A stretch of DNA of 31,075 bases from Macrostomum lignano. Taxonomy: Eukaryota. This document shows, piece by piece, positions 7,844 through 19,440 of this stretch. The DNA lies in the NCBI GenBank assembly GCA_002269645.1, contig NIVC01003349.1:1-31075 (forward strand), given 5' to 3'. Numbering within the stretch: the first letter of the stretch is position 1; each line of letters begins with the position of its first letter. The translations under genes and the position numbers were made by a program. The notes below the pieces were generated by a model. It had not been told where the DNA came from. It did not search any database and worked only from the letters and a program-made list of their open reading frames with translations.

Positions 7844-8414
7844 CTGTTCCCCGGTAAGGCTGATGCAGAAGTTCTCCCGCCGGAAGGCAGTCCGGCACAG
7901 GTCGGCGAGGTCCTCAGCCAGCGCGTCGAAGCCCGCGGGTTCGGCGGCGGCGGCCAGCTTGATGGCGCGCAGGCTGTCCAGGCCGGTCAGCAGGTCGGCC
8001 ACCCGGCTGGACTCGCTGAGGCGGGCGGCGGCCCGGCCGGCGGCGAAGGCGTGGCCCTGGCCGGTGAGGCGGCTGACGAGGTCGGCGGCCTCCATGCGCA
8101 GCAGGTTGGCGAGGCGGTCGCGGGCGGCCCAGTCGGGCTGGGCGCAGATCTCCTGCCAGAGCTGCAGCACGCGGGGCAGGTTGGGCGCCAGGCAGCAGGC
8201 AGAGAAGACCAGGCCCGACTCGCAGCTGCTGGCGGCCTCGTCCGGCCGGGCGGTGGCGTAAGGCGTGCAGGCAAAGCCGCCGCTGACGAGGTCGATGGCC
8301 TCGGCGAGCTGGCCGTAGGGGGTGCGGGCGGTGCCCAGCTTGGGCAGCAACAGGCTCAGCAGGGGCAGCAGCCGCGTCTGGTTGGTGGACAAGTCGGAGA
8401 GGCGGAGCTTTGCC
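7844..8414 (-). CDS. PITRM1: Presequence protease, internal exon
   Basis: Acceptor CCCACCCGCAG|G (phase 2) gives VYFR|[22 protein letters not shown]...IDLVSGGF parallels human YVPLFCSVLTKLGC...IELKTGGM. Donor CAG|GTTTGC at 7843. Confidence 0.9.
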
Positions 8415-8451
8415 CTGCGGGTGGGCGGTGAGACTGCGGCTGGGGTGGGCG

Positions 8452-8484
8452 GACAGACGGACAGACAGGCAGACAGGCAGACAC

Positions 8485-8515
<31 letters not shown>

Positions 8516-8725
8516 GGCAGAAAGACAGACAGACAGAGACAGACAGACACTAAGACAGACACTAAGACAGACAGACAGACAGACAGACAGGCAGGCAGGC
8601 AGGCAGGCAGGCAGACGACAGACAGACAGACAGAAAGACAGACAGAGACAGACAGACACTAAGACAGACACTAAGACAGACAGACAGACAGACATACAGA
8701 CGGGCAGACAGACAGACAGGCAGGC

Positions 8726-8770
<45 letters not shown>

Positions 8771-8773
8771 CTA

Positions 8774-8818
<45 letters not shown>

Positions 8819-8893
8819 TACAGACAGGCAGATAGACATACAGACAGGCAGACAGACAGGCAGGCAGACAGACAGGCAGGCAGACAGACAGGC

Positions 8894-8946
<53 letters not shown>

Positions 8947-8949
8947 GGC

Positions 8950-8982
<33 letters not shown>

Positions 8983-9045
8983 GGCAGGCAGACAGACAGG
9001 CAGACAGACAGACATACAGACGGGCAGACAGACAGACAGGCAGGC

Positions 9046-9106
<61 letters not shown>

Positions 9107-9109
9107 CTA

Positions 9110-9150
<41 letters not shown>

Positions 9151-9225
9151 TACAGACAGGCAGATAGACATACAGACAGGCAGACAGACAGGCAGGCAGA
9201 CAGACAGGCAGGCAGACAGACAGGC

Positions 9226-9258
<33 letters not shown>

Positions 9259-9297
9259 GGCAGACAGACAGACAGACAGGCAGGCAGACAGACAGGC

Positions 9298-9342
<45 letters not shown>

Positions 9343-9377
9343 GGAAGGCAGGCAGACAGACAGGCAGGCAGGCAGAC
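8452..9377. repeat. Compound (GACA)n/(GGCA)n microsatellite filling PITRM1 intron 8415-9381
   Basis: Direct reading; interrupted by GACACTAA, GACATACA and GATA variants. Confidence 0.98.
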
Positions 9378-9381
9378 TTAC

Positions 9382-9701
9382 CGAAAGTAGACGAGGCCGT
9401 TGGTGGGCTGCGGGCACAGCAGCAGGCGGTCGGGCACGGCCCACTCGGTGCTCCAACGGGGCGCCTGTCGCGGCAGGTCGCCAAGCGCCAGCCGTGGCAG
9501 CGGCCCCGGGTCGGCCCGCGCTGTCTGCGCAGCCAGGAGCTCTTGGGCTTCGCGCCGGACAGCGGCGAGGTCGGCGTTGGCCGCTCGGGCAGTGGCGGCA
9601 GTTTTTTCAGCGGCCAGCAGGCGGTCAGCGTAACGGGCGGTCGGGTGCAGCGAGAGCGACAGTCGGTGGGGATTCGAGCGCCAGTGCCGGTCCACCAGGC
9701 T
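9382..9701 (-). CDS. PITRM1: Presequence protease, internal exon
   Basis: Acceptor CTGCCTGCAG|AGC (phase 0); SLVDRHWRSNPHRLSLSLHP...LPRLALGDL...CPQPTNGLVYFR (human CAQPTNGMVYFR); donor CG|GTAAGT at 9381. Confidence 0.92.
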
Positions 9702-9734
9702 CTGCAGGCAGTTGGGAGATTAATGAGTACCGGT

Positions 9735-9845
9735 ATGAGTAGCAGTAACATGGTATGTAGCTAGTAGTAGTCGTGTAAGCAGTATCAGTAGTATAATAAG
9801 CATTATGAGTAGTATAGTAAGCAGTATTAATAGTATTGTATTTGC
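9735..9845. repeat. Low-complexity (AGT/AGTA)-rich tract in the short PITRM1 intron 9702-9862
   Basis: GTAGCAGTA, GTAGTAGT, AGTATCAGTAGTAT and similar; not a clean array. Confidence 0.55.
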
Positions 9846-9862
9846 AGGTGGCAAATAAGTAC

Positions 9863-10254
9863 CTGCAGATAGCGCGGCTGTTCGGCCAGTGTCCGGCGCA
9901 GGTCTTCCAGCAGATCCTCGGCTGCCAGCAGCTCGGCCAGGTCGGCGCCGTGGTTGGCCGGACCGGCCAGCGCCAGGATCTTCTCCAGGCCGAAGTTGGC
10001 GCCCTCGTCGCGGAGGCCGAGCTCGACCTGGTGCAGCAGGGAGTCCACGTTGACCTGGCGGAATCCGGACCGGACAGTCTCGGCCAGGATGTCGTCGACA
10101 CGCTGGCGGGCGGCGGCCACGGACTCGTCGGCGAGGCCCTTCAGGCCGATGTGGAAGGCCGTGTTGCGGCAGTCGGAGCTGAAGCCGTGCACGGGGGCGA
10201 AGGCGGTGCCGAGGCCGGACTCCAGCAGCCCCGAGTAGAAGGGCGACGTGTCAC
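9863..10254 (-). CDS. PITRM1: Presequence protease, internal exon
   Basis: Acceptor CGCTCCCAG|GT (phase 1); GDTSPFYSGLLESGLGTAFAP (human GPNSPFYKALIESGLGTDFSP), FHIGLKG, LHQVEL, NFGL; donor CAG|GTACTT at 9862. Confidence 0.92.
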
Positions 10255-10382
10255 CTGGGAGCGGCGGGCCGGCGGCCTGAATTACCGAATTTTCTGCTGG
10301 ATTCCCTGCTACTCGTCATCATAAATAGGGTCTGCTGCCTCTCAACCCCAATGCACACTTGCTTAAGAGGAAACTGCTGCGG

Positions 10383-10870
10383 GTCCCTCACCGGCTCTCC
10401 TGCCTGTCATGAGGGGATCCCAGGAGTCCCTCACCAGCTCTCCTGACTGGATCATGAGGGGATCCCAGGAGTCCCTCACCGGCTCTCCTGCCTGTGTCAT
10501 GAGGGGATCCCAGGAGTCCCTCACCAGCTCTCCTGACTGGATCATGAGGGGATCCCAGGAGTCCCTCACCAGCTCCCCTGACTGTCATGAGGGGATCCCA
10601 GGAGTCCCTCACCAGCTCCCCTGACTGTCATGAGGGGATCCCAGGAGTCCCTCACCAGCTCCCCTGACTGTCATGAGGGGATCCCAGGAGTCCCTCACCA
10701 GGCCTCCTGACTGTCATGAGGGGATCCCAGGAGTCCCTCACCAGCTCCCCTGACTGTCATGAGGGGATCCCAGGAGTCCCTCACCAGGCCTCCTGATTGG
10801 ATCATGAGGGGATCCCAGGAGTCCCTCACCAGCTTCCCTGATTGGATCATGAAGGGATTCCGATGAGTCC
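10383..10870. repeat. 43/45-bp minisatellite (TCATGAGGGGATCCCAGGAGTCCCTCACCAGCTCCCCTGACTG)n, ~11 units, in PITRM1 intron 10255-10989
   Basis: Unit read directly; degenerates at the right end; internal hairpin TGAGGG...CCCTCA. Confidence 0.95.
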
Positions 10871-10989
10871 CAGAAGTTGAGCAGGAATTCCAACTATTCC
10901 AAGATAAGCCAGATGAAAGCGGCAAATATGCAACAATCGGCCTTCAAAAGATCACTATAAGACACCCAGCCTCTCTCAGCATGCCGCAC

Positions 10990-11518
10990 CTTCGCAGAGC
11001 AGGGAGGACACGAAGTGCAGGTGGAAGTTGTCCCTGACTTGGCAGACGTCGCCAAACAGGAAGCTCTCGGCCAGGGTGACCTGCCTGTCCGGCGGCAGGA
11101 AGGGGTTCAGCGGGCCGTCCACGCGGCCGGCGCGCGGCTTGGACCAGCGCGGCTCCAGCGGCACGGCGGTGGCGGAGCAGTCGATGCGGCCGAAGCCGGC
11201 CAGGCACTCGCTGTCCAAGAAGCGGAGGTGCTCGGCCAGCGGCAGGCTGCCGTAGGTGAACACGGTGGCGTTGGACGGGTGGTAGTGGCGCCTGTGGAAC
11301 TGGAGCAGCTGCTCGTGGCTGAGCTCCGGGATGGCGCCGGGGAAGCCGCCGAAGTTGTGCCGGTAGGGCCCGGCGGGCAGCAGGTTCTGGCGGACGGCGT
11401 TGGAGAACAGCTGGTCGGGGTCGGAGAAGACGCCCTTCATCTCGTTGTACACCACGCCCTTGATGGTGATGGGAGACTGCGGCTCCTGCAGGTTGACGGG
11501 CTCGAGGCGCCAGCCCTC
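10990..11518 (-). CDS. PITRM1: Presequence protease, most 5' exon present in the window
   Basis: Acceptor CCTCCTCCCTATCCAG|GAG (phase 0); EGWRLE, KGVVYNEMKG (third Zn ligand Glu in M16C), FHRRHYHPSNA, TYGSLPL; donor GAAG|GTGCGG at 10989 (phase 1). Confidence 0.95.
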
Positions 11519-11636
11519 CTGGATAGGGAGGAGGTTGGATTCCTATTATCATTATATCATTGGATGCAATCATCAAGTGCCCTAAAAACCTGGGAGGCCA
11601 TCTGATCACAATTGTCATCATCAAAACCCCAGCATG

Positions 11637-14600
11637 CCAACAGTTCATAATCAGATGCTCTCTAAAATCCCAACAGTTCATAATCAGATGCTCTAAAATC
11701 CCAACAGTTCATAATCAGATGCTCTAAAATCCCAACAGTTCATAATCAGATGCTCTAAAATCCCAACAGTTCATAATCAGATGCTCTAAAATCCCAACAG
11801 TTCATAATCAGATGCTCTAAAATCCCAACAGTTCATAATCAGATGCTCTAAAATCTCAACAGTTCATAATCAGATGCTCTCTAAAATCCCAACAGTTCAT
11901 AATCAGATGCTCTAAAATCCCAACAGCTCATAATCAGATGCTCTAAAATCCCAACAGTTCATAATCAGATGCTCTAAAATCCCAACAGTTCATAATCAGA
12001 TGCTCTAAAATCCCAACAGTTCATAATCAGATGCTCTAAAATCCCAACAGTTCATAATCAGATGCTCTAAAATCCCAACAGTTCATAATCAGATGCTCTA
12101 AAATCCCAACAGTTCATAATCAGATGCTCTAAAATCCCAACAGTTCATAATCAGATGCTCTCTAAAATCCCAACAGTTCATAATCAGATGCTCTAAAATC
12201 CCAACAGTTCATAATCAGATGCTCTAAAATCCCAACAGTTCATAATCAGATGCTCTAAAATCCCAACAGCTCATAATCAGATGCTCTAAAATCCCAACAG
12301 CTCATAATCAGATGCTCTAAAATCCCAACAGTTCATAATCAGATGCTCTAAAATCCCAACAGTTCATAATCAGATGCTCTAAAATCCCAACAGCTCATAA
12401 TCAGATCCCCACAAATCCCAACAGTTCATAATCAGATGCTCTAAAATCCCAACAGTTCATAATCAGATGCTCTAAAATCCCAACAGCTCATAATCAGATG
12501 CTCTAAAATCCCAACAGTTCATAATCAGATGCTCTAAAATCCCAACAGTTCATAATCAGATGCTCTCTAAAATCCCAACAGTTCATAATCAGATGCTCTA
12601 AAATCCCAACAGTTCATAATCAGATGCTCTAAAATCCCAACAGTTCATAATCAGATGCTCTAAAATCCCAACAGTTCATAATCAGATGCTCTAAAATCCC
12701 AACAGTTCATAATCAGATGCTCTAAAATCCCAACAGTTCATAATCAGATGCTCTAAAATCCCAACAGTTCATAATCAGATGCTCTAAAATCCCAACAGTT
12801 CATAATCAGATGCTCTCTAAAATCCCAACAGTTCATAATCAGATGCTCTAAAATCCCAACAGTTCATAATCAGATGCTCTAAAATCCCAACAGTTCATAA
12901 TCAGATCCCCACAAATCCCAACAGTTCATAATCAGATGCTCTAAAATCCCAACAGTTCATAATCAGATGCTCTAAAATCCCAACAGTTCATAATCAGATG
13001 CTCTAAAATCCCAACAGTTCATAATCAGATGCTCTAAAATCCCAACAGCTCATAATCAGATGCTCTAAAATCCCAACAGTTCATAATCAGATGCTCTCTA
13101 AAATCCCAACAGTTCGTAATCAGATGCTCTCTAAAATCCCAACAGTTCATAATCAGATGCTCTAAAATCCCAACAGTTCATAATCAGATGCTCTAAAATC
13201 CCAACAGTTCATAATCAGATGCTCTAAAATCCCAACAGTTCATAATCAGATGCTCTAAAATCCCAACAGTTCATAATCAGATGCTCTAAAATCCCAACAG
13301 TTCATAATCAGATGCTCTAAAATCCCAACAGCTCATAATCAGATGCTCTAAAATCCCAACAGTTCATAATCAGATGCTCTAAAATCCCAACAGTTCATAA
13401 TCAGATGCTCTAAAATCCCAACAGTTCATAATCAGATGCTCTAAAATCCCAACAGTTCATAATCAGATCCCCACAAATCCCAACAGCTCATAATCAGATG
13501 CTCTAAAATCCCAACAGCTCATAATCAGATGCTCTAAAATCCCAACAGTTCATAATCAGATCCCCACAAATCCCAACAGTTCATAATCAGATGCTCTAAA
13601 ATCCCAACAGCTCATAATCAGATGCTCTAAAATCCCAACAGTTCATAATCAGATGCTCTAAAATCCCAACAGCTCATAATCAGATCCCCACAAATCCCAA
13701 CAGTTCATAATCAGATGCTCTAAAATCCCAACAGTTCATAATCAGATCCCCACAAATCCCAACAGTTCATAATCAGATGCTCTAAAATCCCAACAGTTCA
13801 TAATCAGATCCCCACAAATCCCAACAGTTCATAATCAGATGCTCTAAAATCCCAACAGCTCATAATCAGATGCTCTAAAATCCCAACAGTTCATAATCAG
13901 ATCCCCACAAATCCCAACAGCTCATAATCAGATGCTCTAAAATCCCAACAGTTCATAATCAGATGCTCTAAAATCCCAACAGCTCATAATCAGATGCTCT
14001 AAAATCCCAACAGTTCATAATCAGATGCTCTAAAATCCCAACAGTTCATAATCAGATGCTCTAAAATCCCAACAGTTCATAATCAGATGCTCTAAAATCC
14101 CAACAGCTCATAATCAGATCCCCACAAATCCCAACAGCTCATAATCAGATGCTCTAAAATCCCAACAGTTCATAATCAGATGCTCTAAAATCCCAACAGT
14201 TCATAATCAGATGCTCTAAAATCCCAACAGTTCATAATCAGATGCTCTAAAATCCCAACAGTTCATAATCAGATGCTCTAAAATCCCAACAGCTCATAAT
14301 CAGATGCTCTAAAATCCCAACAGTTCATAATCAGATGCTCTAAAATCCCAACAGTTCATAATCAGATGCTCTAAAATCCCAACAGCTCATAATCAGATGC
14401 TCTAAAATCCCAACAGTTCATAATCAGATGCTCTAAAATCCCAACAGTTCATAATCAGATGCTCTAAAATCCCAACAGTTCATAATCAGATGCTCTAAAA
14501 TCCAACAGCTCATAATCAGATGCTCTAAAATCCCAACAGTTCATAATCAGATGCTCTAAAATCCCAACAGTTCATAATCAGATGCTCTAAAATCCCAACA

Positions 14601-17600
14601 GTTCATAATCAGATGCTCTAAAATCCCAACAGTTCATAATCAGATGCTCTAAAATCCCAACAGTTCATAATCAGATCCCCACAAATCCCAACAGTTCATA
14701 ATCAGATGCTCTAAAATCCCAACAGCTCATAATCAGATGCTCTAAAATCCCAACAGTTCATAATCAGATCCTACAAATCCCAACAGCTCATAATCAGATG
14801 CTCTAAAATCCCAACAGTTCATAATCAGATGCTCTAAAATCCCAACAGTCATAATCAGATGCTCTAAAATCCCAACAGTTCATAATCAGATGCTCTAAAA
14901 TCCCAACAGTTCATAATCAGATGCTCTAAAATCCCAACAGTTCATAATCAGATGCTCTAAAATCCCAACAGTCATAATCAGATCCTACAAATCCCAACAG
15001 CTCATAATCAGATGCTCTAAAATCCCAACAGTTCATAATCAGATGCTCTAAAATCCCAACAGTTCATAATCAGATGCTCTAAAATCCCAACAGTTCATAA
15101 TCAGATGCTCTAAAATCCCAACAGTTCATAATCAGATGCTCTAAAATCCCAACAGTTCATAATCAGATGCTCTAAAATCCCAACAGTTCATAATCAGATG
15201 CTCTAAAATCCCAACAGTTCATAATCAGATGCTCTAAAATCCCAACAGCTCATAATCAGATGCTCTAAAATCCCAACAGTTCATAATCAGATCCCCACAA
15301 ATCCCAACAGCTCATAATCAGATCCCCACAAATCCCAACAGTTCATAATCAGATCCCCACAAATCCCAACAGCTCATAATCAGATGCTCTAAAATCCCAA
15401 CAGTTCATAATCAGATGCTCTAAAATCCCAACAGCTCATAATCAGATGCTCTAAAATCCCAACAGTTCATAATCAGATCCCCACAAATCCCAACAGCTCA
15501 TAATCAGATGCTCTAAAATCCCAACAGTTCATAATCAGATGCTCTAAAATCCCAACAGTTCATAATCAGATGCTCTAAATCCCAACAGTTCATAATCAGA
15601 TGCTCTAAAATCCCAACAGCTCATAATCAGATGCTCTAAAATCCCAACAGCTCATAATCAGATGCTCTAAAATCCCAACAGTTCATAATCAGATGCTCTA
15701 AAATCCCAACAGTTCATAATCAGATGCTCTAAAATCCCAACAGTTCATAATCAGATGCTCTAAAATCCCAACAGTTCATAATCAGATGCTCTAAAATCCC
15801 AACAGTTCATAATCAGATGCTCTAAAATCCCAACAGTTCATAATCAGATGCTCTAAAATCCCAACAGTTCATAATCAGATCCCCACAAATCCCAACAGTT
15901 CATAATCAGATGCTCTAAAATCCCAACAGTTCATAATCAGATGCTCTAAAATCCCAACAGTTCATAATCAGATGCTCTAAAATCCCAACAGTTCATAATC
16001 AGATGCTCTAAAATCCCAACAGTTCATAATCAGATGCTCTAAAATCCCAACAGTTCATAATCAGATGCTCTAAAATCCCAACAGTCATAATCAGATGCTC
16101 TAAAATCCCAACAGTTCATAATCAGATCCTAAAATCCCAACAGCTCATAATCAGATCCCCACAAATCCCAACAGTTCATAATCAGATCCCCACAAATCCC
16201 AACAGCTCATAATCAGATGCTCTAAAATCCCAACAGTTCATAATCAGATGCTCTAAAATCCCAACAGCTCATAATCAGATGCTCTAAAATCCCAACAGTT
16301 CATAATCAGATCCCCACAAATCCCAACAGCTCATAATCAGATGCTCTAAAATCCCAACAGTTCATAATCAGATGCTCTAAAATCCCAACAGTTCATAATC
16401 AGATGCTCTAAATCCCAACAGTTCATAATCAGATGCTCTAAAATCCCAACAGCTCATAATCAGATGCTCTAAAATCCCAACAGCTCATAATCAGATGCTC
16501 TAAAATCCCAACAGTTCATAATCAGATGCTCTAAAATCCCAACAGTCATAATCAGATGCTCTAAAATCCCAACAGTTCATAATCAGATGCTCTAAAATCC
16601 CAACAGTTCATAATCAGATGCTCTAAAATCCCAACAGTTCATAATCAGATGCTCTAAAATCCCAACAGTTCATAATCAGATGCTCTAAAATCCCAACAGT
16701 TCATAATCAGATGCCTAAAATCCCAACAGTTCATAATCAGATGCTCTAAAATCCCAACAGTTCATAATCAGATGCTCTAAAATCCCAACAGTTCATAATC
16801 AGATGCTCTAAAATCCCAACAGTTCATAATCAGATGCTCTAAAATCCCAACAGTTCATAATCAGATGCTCTAAAATCCCAACAGTTCATAATCAGATGCT
16901 CTAAAATCCCAACAGTTCATAATCAGATGCTCTAAAATCCCAACAGTTCATAATCAGATGCTCTAAAATCCCAACAGTTCATAATCAGATGCTCTAAAAT
17001 CCCAACAGTTCATAATCAGATGCTCTAAAATCCCAACAGTTCATAATCAGATGCTCTAAAATCCCAACAGTTCATAATCAGATGCTCTAAAATCCCAACA
17101 GTTCATAATCAGATGCTCTAAAATCCCAACAGTTCATAATCAGATGCTCTAAAATCCCAACAGTTCATAATCAGATGCTCTAAAATCCCAACAGTTCATA
17201 ATCAGATGCTCTAAAATCCCAACAGTTCATAATCAGATGCTCTAAAATCCCAACAGTTCATAATCAGATGCTCTAAAATCCCAACAGTTCATAATCAGAT
17301 GCTCTAAAATCCCAACAGTTCATAATCAGATGCTCTAAAATCCCAACAGTTCATAATCAGATGCTCTAAAATCCCAACAGTTCATAATCAGATGCTCTAA
17401 AATCCCAACAGTTCATAATCAGATGCTCTAAAATCCCAACAGTTCATAATCAGATGCTCTAAAATCCCAACAGTTCATAATCAGATGCTCTAAAATCCCA
17501 ACAGTTCATAATCAGATGCTCTAAAATCCCAACAGTTCATAATCAGATGCTCTAAAATCCCAACAGTTCATAATCAGATGCTCTAAAATCCCAACAGTTC

Positions 17601-18813
17601 ATAATCAGATGCTCTAAAATCCCAACAGTTCATAATCAGATGCTCTAAAATCCCAACAGTTCATAATCAGATGCTCTAAAATCCCAACAGTTCATAATCA
17701 GATGCTCTAAAATCCCAACAGTTCATAATCAGATGCTCTAAAATCCCAACAGTTCATAATCAGATGCTCTAAAATCCCAACAGTTCATAATCAGATGCTC
17801 TAAAATCCCAACAGTTCATAATCAGATGCTCTAAAATCCCAACAGTTCATAATCAGATGCTCTAAAATCCCAACAGTTCATAATCAGATGCTCTAAAATC
17901 CCAACAGTTCATAATCAGATGCTCTAAAATCCCAACAGTTCATAATCAGATGCTCTAAAATCCCAACAGTTCATAATCAGATGCTCTAAAATCCCAACAG
18001 TTCATAATCAGATGCTCTAAAATCCCAACAGTTCATAATCAGATGCTCTAAAATCCCAACAGTTCATAATCAGATGCTCTAAAATCCCAACAGTTCATAA
18101 TCAGATGCTCTAAAATCCCAACAGTTCATAATCAGATGCTCTAAAATCCCAACAGTTCATAATCAGATGCTCTAAAATCCCAACAGTTCATAATCAGATG
18201 CTCTAAAATCCCAACAGTTCATAATCAGATGCTCTAAAATCCCAACAGTTCATAATCAGATGCTCTAAAATCCCAACAGTTCATAATCAGATGCTCTAAA
18301 ATCCCAACAGTTCATAATCAGATGCTCTAAAATCCCAACAGTTCATAATCAGATGCTCTAAAATCCCAACAGTTCATAATCAGATGCTCTAAAATCCCAA
18401 CAGTTCATAATCAGATGCTCTAAAATCCCAACAGTTCATAATCAGATGCTCTAAAATCCCAACAGTTCATAATCAGATGCTCTAAAATCCCAACAGTTCA
18501 TAATCAGATGCCTAAAATCCCAACAGTTCATAATCAGATGCTCTAAAATCCCAACAGTCATAATCAGATGCTCTAAAATCCCAACAGTTCATAATCAGAT
18601 GCTCTAAAATCCCAACAGTTCATAATCAGATGCTCTAAAATCCCAACAGTTCATAATCAGATGCTCTAAAATCCCAACAGCTCATAATCAGATGCTCTAA
18701 AATCCCAACAGTTCATAATCAGATCCCCACAAATCCCAACAGTTCATAATCAGATGCTCTAAAATCTCAACAGCTCATAATCAGATGCTCTAAAATCTCA
18801 ACAGCTCATAATC
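11637..18813. repeat. 31-bp satellite A (AACAGTTCATAATCAGATGCTCTAAAATCCC)n, ~230 units
   Basis: Period 31 measured (11703 to 11734). Recurrent variants GCTCAT, GATCCCCACAAAT, GCTCTCTAAAA (+2) and AAATCTCAA. Confidence 0.99.
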
Positions 18814-18915
18814 CTATATACTAAAAATTCTTGCTTCCTATATACTAAAAATGAGTTGTTTGTTTGTACGCAATCGATTAGAGAAAAAATGGCTGGACCG
18901 ATTTTCTTCGAACTT
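18812..18915 (+). mobile_element. Helitron-like (Lep1/DINE-1 type) 5' terminus with a duplicated tip
   Basis: TCCTATATACTAAAAAT twice (18812, 18836), then (TTGT)n, then ATCGATTAGAGAAAAAATGGCTGGACCGATTTT; homologous to 4369-4456. No Rep/helicase ORF and no clear 3' end seen. Confidence 0.55.
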
Positions 18916-19440
18916 GCACTGTTCGATCAGAAATTTTCCTGGGACGGTACATGCATCTTGGCTAAGAAATTGCTCCATGTTAAAGCGATTAAATATTCGA
19001 AAAACATGCTTTTTTGCAAAGGTCAAGCAAACTTTTCGACTTGAAATGCATTGTAAGAATGCTAGAGAAAAAACTGACTGGTTGAATTCTGATTCTGAAA
19101 TGGATTACATCATAACTGAATTGTAACTCCGACTTGAATTGCGTCACAGTATTGAAAATGCAGTGTGGAAGCGTAGCACCAGACTTGATTTAGATTGCGC
19201 AACCATATTGTTAACTGATACTGACTGACTGAGAAATTGATTATGTCATAACTGCCTCGTGTGATTTACTCTATGCTTGGAGTTTTGAAACTTATAATTA
19301 TAAGTGCTGAATTCATGTTATCAAAACGATGAGAGCTAGCCTAGAGGTAAACAGACTGAACTGCTAAATGCAGAAACGATGGTTCGAATTTTTAGAGAGT
19401 AGAGTTTTTTTAATTAAAGCTTTTTAACGCCAAGAAAACT

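Noticed and set aside
7427-9456. Long SVCL / QTDR repeat ORFs and the 422-aa ORF as a single gene
   Set aside because: These are (GACA)n and 23-mer translations flanking the true PITRM1 exon 7844-8414.
10383-10870. CRISPR array (palindromic ~30-45-bp repeats; also considered for 3266-3462 and 11637-18813)
   Set aside because: Units are directly contiguous with no unique spacers, no cas genes are present, and the context is spliceosomal introns.
3573-11605. Numerous plus-strand ORFs antisense to the exons
   Set aside because: Expected shadow ORFs of GC3-rich coding sequence; no independent motifs.
18838-19126. Three short ORFs (62-91 aa) in the inter-satellite spacer as a transposase or Rep fragment
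   Set aside because: AT-rich, no HUH/helicase/DDE motifs, and they overlap a non-coding element terminus.
19330-19350. CTAG sites as the Helitron 3' end
   Set aside because: No GC-rich hairpin just upstream, so the element's end cannot be assigned.
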